64,000 nucleotides of DNA from Dysgonamonadaceae bacterium (lineage in GTDB: Bacteria; Bacteroidota; Bacteroidia; Bacteroidales; Dysgonomonadaceae). The stretch's first letter is position 1. Every line of letters starts with the position of its first letter. Where the stretch lies: assembly GCA_041672395.1 (NCBI GenBank), contig JBAYZS010000003.1:6638-70637 (forward strand), written 5' to 3'. Below are positions 58,414 through 64,000 of this stretch, piece by piece. A program made the translations under genes and the position numbers. Below the pieces are notes generated by a model. The model made no database searches. It was not told the DNA's origin and saw only the letters and a program-made list of their open reading frames with translations.

Positions 58414-60363
58414 CTATTTGGGCATAGTTTTATCTCTTGAGAAAAGCAGAGGAAACTTAAATTCTTTCTTTTTTTTTTTATTATGAATCTGAATGATTGA
58501 ATCTAATATTCCTTGATTATCCAGTTTACATAATTTTAGAAGTTCATTTACCGAACCATGTGTAACAAATTCATCAGGCAGCCCCAAGCGATGTACAGAA
58601 ATATTATCATATCCATTATCAGATAAATATTCAAGAACGGCACTTCCCAAACCACCTGTTATTACTCCGTTTTCAAGTGTAATAACCTTTTCAAAGTTTT
58701 CTGCTACTTCTTTTAGCAGATCCTCATCAATTGGTTTAAGAAAGAGCATGTCATAATGTGCAACACTAATACCCATTTCTTCAGCCTTAGCTATTGCTTT
58801 TGCCGCCTCATTTCCAATAGTTCCCAAAGATAACAAAGCTATTTCATTACCATTCTTAAGTTTTCTCCCTTTCCCTATTGGCAGATTCTCCATGTTATTT
58901 TGCCAATCAGTCATTTCACCCCTTCCTCGCGGGTAGCGAATAATAAATGGAGCATTGCTTCCATAAACAGCTGTGTACATTAAATTTCGGAGGTCATGTT
59001 CATTTAAAGGAGCAGATATTATCAGGTTTGGAATTGGTCGAAAGCATGCCAAATCAAAAGCTCCATGATGTGTAGCTCCATCTTCGCCCACCAAACCAGC
59101 TCTGTCCAGACACATGATCACTTTTAAATTCTGCAAAGCAACGTCATGTATAACTTCATCAAAAGCCCTTTGCATAAAAGAAGAATATATGTTACAAAAC
59201 GGAATCAATCCTTCTTTTGCCATTCCGGCAGAAAAAGTGACCGCATGTCCTTCAGCAATTCCCACATCAAAAGCTCTTTCAGGATATTTATTCATTAAGA
59301 ACGACATAGAACATCCGGTAGGCATAGCAGGAGTAATACCAACAATTTTGTCATTCTTATCAGCCAATTCCACCAGAGTTTTACCGAAAACATCCTGATA
59401 AAGTTGTGTTTGAATATTTTTTTTTAATGACAATCGCTCACCCGTTTCCTTATTAAAAAGTCCGGGAGCATGCCAAATAGTAGCAGCCTTTTCTGCAGGT
59501 TTAAAGCCCTTTCCTTTTATTGTTTTAATATGAAGGAGTCTTGGTCCTTTCATATCCTTTATATTATTTAGAACTCGAATAAGTTCAGGAAGATTATGTC
59601 CATCAACAGGTCCAAAATAACGAATATTGAAACCTTCAAATATGTTTTGCTGTTTTGTCAGCAGCGATTTCATACTGTTATTAAAACGAAGTACAGAGTT
59701 TTTCTGATTTTCGTCGATTAGTTTGCTTTGCTTGAATTTATTATAAACTTCATTTCGAAGCTTATTATATTTTGCAGAAGTAGTTAGTTTTACCAGATAA
59801 TTTTGAAGTCCACCAACATTATTATCGATCGACATATCATTATCATTTAGTATAATAAGCAGGTTGTTTGGTTGAGAACTAGCATTGTTCAAACCTTCAA
59901 ATGCCAATCCACCTGTCATCGCACCATCTCCGATAACTGCAATTACATGTCTGTCGTTTTCATTTTTCAAGTTTGCCGCCACAGCCATACCTAATGCAGC
60001 AGAGATAGAAGTAGAAGCATGTCCTGTTCCAAAACTGTCATACTCACTTTCAGTTGGATTAGTAAACCCCGACAGCCCACCTAATTTTCTATTTGTATGA
60101 AATGTATCACGCCTTCCTGTTAATATTTTGTGACTATAAGCTTGATGTCCTACATCCCAAACAATTCTGTCATATGGAGTTTTGAATAAATAATGAAGGG
60201 CGACAGTGAGTTCTACCGTGCCCAAACTTGAGGCAAAGTGTCCCGGATTATGTGACAACTGATCGATAATGAATTCTCTAAGTTCAGAGCAAACATTCAC
60301 CAGTTCATCAATTGTCAGACCTTTCAAGTCGGTCGGACTATTAATATTTTGTAGTAATTTCAT
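58414..60363 (-). CDS. dxs: 1-deoxy-D-xylulose-5-phosphate synthase
   Basis: Blocks [18 protein letters not shown], the TPP-binding [11 protein letters not shown], and the transketolase-like pyrimidine and C-terminal domains. The non-conserved tail NKKKKKEF... is encoded across an A11 run. Confidence 0.95.
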   Translation of the reverse strand: MKLLQNINSPTDLKGLTIDELVNVCSELREFIIDQLSHNPGHFASSLGTVELTVALHYLFKTPYDRIVWDVGHQAYSHKILTGRRDTFHTNRKLGGLSGFTNPTESEYDSFGTGHASTSISAALGMAVAANLKNENDRHVIAVIGDGAMTGGLAFEGLNNASSQPNNLLIILNDNDMSIDNNVGGLQNYLVKLTTSAKYNKLRNEVYNKFKQSKLIDENQKNSVLRFNNSMKSLLTKQQNIFEGFNIRYFGPVDGHNLPELIRVLNNIKDMKGPRLLHIKTIKGKGFKPAEKAATIWHAPGLFNKETGERLSLKKNIQTQLYQDVFGKTLVELADKNDKIVGITPAMPTGCSMSFLMNKYPERAFDVGIAEGHAVTFSAGMAKEGLIPFCNIYSSFMQRAFDEVIHDVALQNLKVIMCLDRAGLVGEDGATHHGAFDLACFRPIPNLIISAPLNEHDLRNLMYTAVYGSNAPFIIRYPRGRGEMTDWQNNMENLPIGKGRKLKNGNEIALLSLGTIGNEAAKAIAKAEEMGISVAHYDMLFLKPIDEDLLKEVAENFEKVITLENGVITGGLGSAVLEYLSDNGYDNISVHRLGLPDEFVTHGSVNELLKLCKLDNQGILDSIIQIHNKKKKKEFKFPLLFSRDKTMPK

Positions 60364-60412
60364 TTATCATCCATTCAAATACATTTATATAAAATGCATT
60401 TGAATTATTTAA

Positions 60413-62617
60413 TTAGTTTGCCATATCCGAAAGGAACTTAATTCTAGTCAATCGGATTTCAGTTTCATTATAATCAGGAAGTTCTTTTAATGCTAAACTC
60501 AAGTCGTCCGTTTCAGCTTCTTGAAAATAGTCATAGATATCCTGCAGTGAGTCAGCATCCATTACCTCATTCAGGAAATAATCGATATTTATTTTTGTAC
60601 CGGCATAAACGATAGCTTCCACTTCGTCGAGCATTTCATTAAAGTCAATGCCCTTGGCTTCAGCCAAATCATCAAGTGCTACTTTTCTATCAATTGCCTG
60701 AACGATAGATACTTTTAATTTAGATTTATTAGCAACAGTTTTTACACGCAGATCTTCCGGGCGAATTATTTCATTCTCTTCTACATATTTTTTGATAACG
60801 TCCACGAATTCTTGTCCGTAACGTTTAGCCTTGCCGGCACCCACACCGGGAATATTTTGCAACTCTTCAAGCGTAATCGGATAAGAAGTAGCCATTGCAT
60901 CAAGCGAAGCAGGTTGAAAAATCACATAAGGAGGTACATTCAGCTTCTTAGATAATTTTTTGCGCAAGTCCTTCATGATTGCATAAAGCACTGTATCGGC
61001 TGCACCTCCGCTGCCTCCTCCGGAATTCATCATTTCAGCCTCTTCAGCATCAAGACCGTCAACGTCTTCTAGATCTTCTTCATCTTCTTTAATTATTTTG
61101 AAAGAAACCGGATTCTTCAGAAAATCTTTACCTTTTTTGGTGATTTTCATTATACCATAATTCTCAATATCTTTCTTTAAATAGTTTTCCAAAAGAGCAG
61201 TTCGAATAACAACTTCCCAAACTCTCTCATCCTCATCTGAACCAGATCCGAATTCTTCAAGTTCAGTATGTCCGAAAGCTTCAATTTCAGATGTTTCTTT
61301 ACCGACTAGGAAATTAACGATATAATCCGTCTTTTGTTTTTCTTTAAGCGCATTAATCGCTTCTATTACCGTTATAAGTAATTCTTTTGCTTCCACTTTA
61401 ATTTTTGGATTTAAACAATTATCACAATTTCCACAGTTGGGTTCGTTATAATCTTCACCGAAGTAGTGTAAAAGCACTTTTCTTCGGCAAAGAGAAGTAT
61501 CTGCATAAGCAGTAGTCTCAATCAGTAGTTGTTTACCAATTTCCTGTTCTGAAACCGGTTTCCCCTGCATGAAACGTTCAAGTTTCTGAATATCTTTATG
61601 AGAATAAAAGCAGATGCATTTACCCTCTCCTCCATCTCTACCGGCTCTACCAGTTTCCTGATAATAACCTTCAAGACTTTTAGGGATGTCATAATGAATA
61701 ACATACCTGACATCCGGTTTATCAATGCCCATACCAAAGGCGATGGTAGCAACAATAACATCAGCTTTTTCCATCAGGAAAGCATCCTGATTTGCTGTAC
61801 GATCAGCTGCATCCATGCCTGCGTGATAGGGCAGAGCTCGAATATCGTTTGCCTGAAGAATTTCTGCAAAATCATTCACTTTTCTACGACTCAAGCAATA
61901 AACAATACCCGATTTTCCTTCCTGTGAAAGAATATATTTAATGATTTCTCTATCAATACTATCTGTTTTTGGCCTTACCTCATAAAAAAGATTTGGTCTG
62001 TTGAATGATGACTTAAACACATTCGCACTTGTCATCCCCAAGTTTTTTTGTATATCGTGTTGCACTTTTGGCGTTGCAGTAGCTGTAAGTGCAATAATTG
62101 GCTGACTACCAATTTGTGCAATAATTGGACGAATTCTACGATATTCAGGTCTGAAGTCATGCCCCCATTCAGAGATACAATGCGCTTCGTCTACTGCATA
62201 AAAAGAGATAGTCACACTTCTCAGAAATTCAATGTTTTCTAATTTTGTGAGTGATTCAGGAGCGACATACAATAATTTTGTTTTTTCTGAAATCACATCT
62301 CTCTTAACATTCTCAATTTCCTGTTTGTTGAGAGATGAATTCAGGAAATGTGCAATGCCATCATCTTCGCTAAAATTTCGCATTGCATCCACCTGATTTT
62401 TCATCAAAGCAATCAGAGGAGAAATTACAATTGCCGTGCCCTTCATCATGAGTGCAGGCAATTGGTAGCACAGCGATTTTCCACCACCGGTAGGCATTAA
62501 AACAAAAGTATCCTTTCCGGACATAACACTTTTTATAATGGCTTCTTGAGTGCCTTTAAAAGTGTCAAACCCGAAGTGTTCCTTTAACTTTTCGTGAAGA
62601 TTCTCTCGTTTTTCCAT
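60413..62617 (-). CDS. recQ: ATP-dependent DNA helicase RecQ
   Basis: Motifs: LKEHFGFDTFKGTQEAII, PTGGGKSLCYQLPA, DEAHCISEWGHDFRPEY, the RQC zinc motif CRR...C..CDNC and a C-terminal HRDC-like region. 734 aa. Confidence 0.95.
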   Translation of the reverse strand: MEKRENLHEKLKEHFGFDTFKGTQEAIIKSVMSGKDTFVLMPTGGGKSLCYQLPALMMKGTAIVISPLIALMKNQVDAMRNFSEDDGIAHFLNSSLNKQEIENVKRDVISEKTKLLYVAPESLTKLENIEFLRSVTISFYAVDEAHCISEWGHDFRPEYRRIRPIIAQIGSQPIIALTATATPKVQHDIQKNLGMTSANVFKSSFNRPNLFYEVRPKTDSIDREIIKYILSQEGKSGIVYCLSRRKVNDFAEILQANDIRALPYHAGMDAADRTANQDAFLMEKADVIVATIAFGMGIDKPDVRYVIHYDIPKSLEGYYQETGRAGRDGGEGKCICFYSHKDIQKLERFMQGKPVSEQEIGKQLLIETTAYADTSLCRRKVLLHYFGEDYNEPNCGNCDNCLNPKIKVEAKELLITVIEAINALKEKQKTDYIVNFLVGKETSEIEAFGHTELEEFGSGSDEDERVWEVVIRTALLENYLKKDIENYGIMKITKKGKDFLKNPVSFKIIKEDEEDLEDVDGLDAEEAEMMNSGGGSGGAADTVLYAIMKDLRKKLSKKLNVPPYVIFQPASLDAMATSYPITLEELQNIPGVGAGKAKRYGQEFVDVIKKYVEENEIIRPEDLRVKTVANKSKLKVSIVQAIDRKVALDDLAEAKGIDFNEMLDEVEAIVYAGTKINIDYFLNEVMDADSLQDIYDYFQEAETDDLSLALKELPDYNETEIRLTRIKFLSDMAN

Positions 62618-62644
62618 AAGAATGATAATGCCTATTCAAAAATA

Positions 62645-62662
62645 AATGTTCACATTTGAACA
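62645..62662. promoter_or_regulatory. Perfect inverted repeat ATGTTCA-CATT-TGAACAT about 30 nt upstream of the recQ start
   Basis: Read directly. It is a candidate operator, and no binding protein can be assigned from the sequence. Confidence 0.3.
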
Positions 62663-62798
62663 TCAACAAATATATAGACTATTTTTTAAAACTTAAAACA
62701 AAAATCATATTTTGTAAACAACTAAGTTAATCGTTATTTATTATTCTGCAAAAAATTTATTATATAATCATTGATTCTTTTCTTTTATTGCGCATAAA

Positions 62799-62832
62799 AT
62801 TATTCCTGCTCCGAAAAAGGAACAGGAATAAT
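62799..62832 (-). terminator. Hairpin downstream of clpX (10-bp perfect outer stem ATTATTCCTG/CAGGAATAAT)
   Basis: Read directly. On the minus strand it is followed by a short TTTT run. Confidence 0.5.
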
Positions 62833-62859
62833 TATTTATTTTAGAATAAAAGTTCTGTA

Positions 62860-64000
62860 TTATGCAACTTGAAGATTCAGTAGATTTGATTTTTCGAGGT
62901 GCTCTTGTGCATATATTTTTGTGACATTAAGTTTCTTCTTATCATCTTCAGAAGGTAGGTGAAACATAGCATCAATCATGATAGCCTCAACAATAGACCG
63001 CAGTCCGCGTGCACCAAGTTTATATTCAATAGCTTTATCAACAATATATTCAAAAACATCACTGTCAAAAGTGAGTTCTATTTTATCCATGTCAAATAAT
63101 TTTACATATTGTTTGACAATTGAATTTTTTGGTTCACTTAATATACGAAGTAAAGCTGATTTATCCAACGGATCAAGATAAGTAAGGATTGGTAATCGTC
63201 CGATAATCTCAGGGATAAGTCCAAACGATTTCAAATCCATTGGCGTAACATATTTCATTAAGTTGTTTCGATCAACTTCCGCTGTCTTTCTTCCGGCAGC
63301 ATAACCGACAACTCTTGTGTTTAATCGTTGTGCAATTTTGCGTTCAATACCATCAAAAGCCCCACCGCAAACAAAGAGGATATTTTTAGTGTTAACCTCA
63401 ATCATACGCTGTTCGGGATGTTTTCTTCCTCCTTGAGGTGGAACATTTACAACAGATCCCTCCAGCAATTTTAGCAAACCTTGTTGCACTCCCTCACCGC
63501 TAACATCACGGGTGATCGACGGGTTATCACTTTTGCGAGCAATTTTGTCTATTTCATCAATAAACACAATGCCTCTTTCTGCAGCAGCCACATCATAATC
63601 GGCCACTTGCAAAAGTCGTGTAAGAATACTTTCTATATCTTCTCCAACATAACCGGCTTCAGTTAAAACTGTTGCATCAACAATTGTGAAAGGGACTTTC
63701 AATAATTTTGCAATTGTTTTTGCCAATAGTGTTTTTCCTGTACCCGTAGGTCCAACCATGATAATATTGGATTTTTCAATCTCAACATCATCTTTCATGG
63801 TTTTTTGCAGAATTCTTTTATAATGGTTATAAACAGAAACTGACAAGTAACGTTTGGCACTATCCTGACCAATTACATACTGATCCAAAAAATCTTTAAT
63901 TTCTTTTGGTTTTGGAAGTAAGTCCATTGATAAGTTTGTTTTGGACTTTTTGGAACCCTTAAACGCTTCATCCACAATGCCATGTGCCTGTTCAACACAT
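62860..64000 (-). CDS. clpX: ATP-dependent Clp protease ATP-binding subunit ClpX; the 5' end lies right of the window
   Basis: AAA+ Walker [16 protein letters not shown], the GYVGEDIE pore loop and the IFIDEIDKI Walker B. The frame stays open upstream of the listed GTG (…[13 protein letters not shown]…), which is the end of the ClpX zinc-finger domain. The gene therefore runs off the window. Confidence 0.93.
   Translation of the reverse strand, partial: CVEQAHGIVDEAFKGSKKSKTNLSMDLLPKPKEIKDFLDQYVIGQDSAKRYLSVSVYNHYKRILQKTMKDDVEIEKSNIIMVGPTGTGKTLLAKTIAKLLKVPFTIVDATVLTEAGYVGEDIESILTRLLQVADYDVAAAERGIVFIDEIDKIARKSDNPSITRDVSGEGVQQGLLKLLEGSVVNVPPQGGRKHPEQRMIEVNTKNILFVCGGAFDGIERKIAQRLNTRVVGYAAGRKTAEVDRNNLMKYVTPMDLKSFGLIPEIIGRLPILTYLDPLDKSALLRILSEPKNSIVKQYVKLFDMDKIELTFDSDVFEYIVDKAIEYKLGARGLRSIVEAIMIDAMFHLPSEDDKKKLNVTKIYAQEHLEKSNLLNLQVA

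Noticed and set aside
58469-58479. An A11 (plus-strand T11) run inside the 3' end of dxs as a possible slippage or phase-variation site
   Set aside because: It lies in a non-conserved C-terminal tail after the catalytic domains, and the gene is intact as written. A length change would alter only the last residues. It is worth checking in reads for assembly accuracy but is unlikely to matter biologically.
1-64000. A search by eye for CRISPR arrays, tRNA/rRNA genes, riboswitch-like leaders and long direct repeats
   Set aside because: I saw no regularly spaced repeats, no tRNA-like T-arm/acceptor patterns and no rRNA-like stretches. This visual scan is not exhaustive. tRNAscan, Rfam and repeat finders should be run to confirm.

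Overview
This is a low-GC chromosomal segment of Bacteroidota type. Supporting signs are a SusC/SusD pair, an ECF sigma/FecR pair, many lipoprotein signal peptides and TAnnTTTG -7 boxes. I saw no rRNA, tRNA or CRISPR array.

Gene content from left to right:
- 1-2.4 kb: the tail of a glycoside-hydrolase-like gene, followed by a secreted FAD-dependent oxidoreductase.
- 2.4-3.2 kb: a decayed AT-rich gap holding a dehydrogenase remnant.
- 3.2-13.9 kb: a plus-strand polysaccharide utilisation locus. It encodes an ECF sigma factor, a FecR anti-sigma factor, an STN-domain SusC, SusD, two tandem SusE-like paralogs and a GH76 alpha-1,6-mannanase.
- 14.0-21.4 kb: a cupin gene, then a hexuronate operon (kduI, kduD, DUF4861, kdgK, eda, heparinase II/III-like).
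- 21.5-23.5 kb: sucDC.
- 23.7-24.9 kb: an orphan DUF2130 gene.
- 24.9-32.7 kb: a folate-dependent histidine utilisation operon (hutU, glutamate formimidoyltransferase, hutI, cyclodeaminase, hutH), followed by an MFS transporter.
- 32.8-34.8 kb: an intact ISL3-family insertion sequence.
- 34.8-52.2 kb: an 11-gene minus-strand locus, described below.
- 52.9-64.0 kb: housekeeping genes clpB, trkH, trkA, dxs, recQ and a partial clpX.

The 34.8-52.2 kb locus is the most interesting part. It has no SusC/SusD pair. It combines two DUF2961/GH172 genes, a broken DUF4185/GH183 gene, a LacI-family regulator, L-fucose/D-arabinose isomerase (FucI), a FucP-type permease and an AraB-type ribulokinase. It also carries four secreted proteins I cannot assign to any family. 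I read it as a candidate system for harvesting D-arabinofuranosides and catabolising D-arabinose. All functional calls come from reading the translated ORFs by eye, with no database search.
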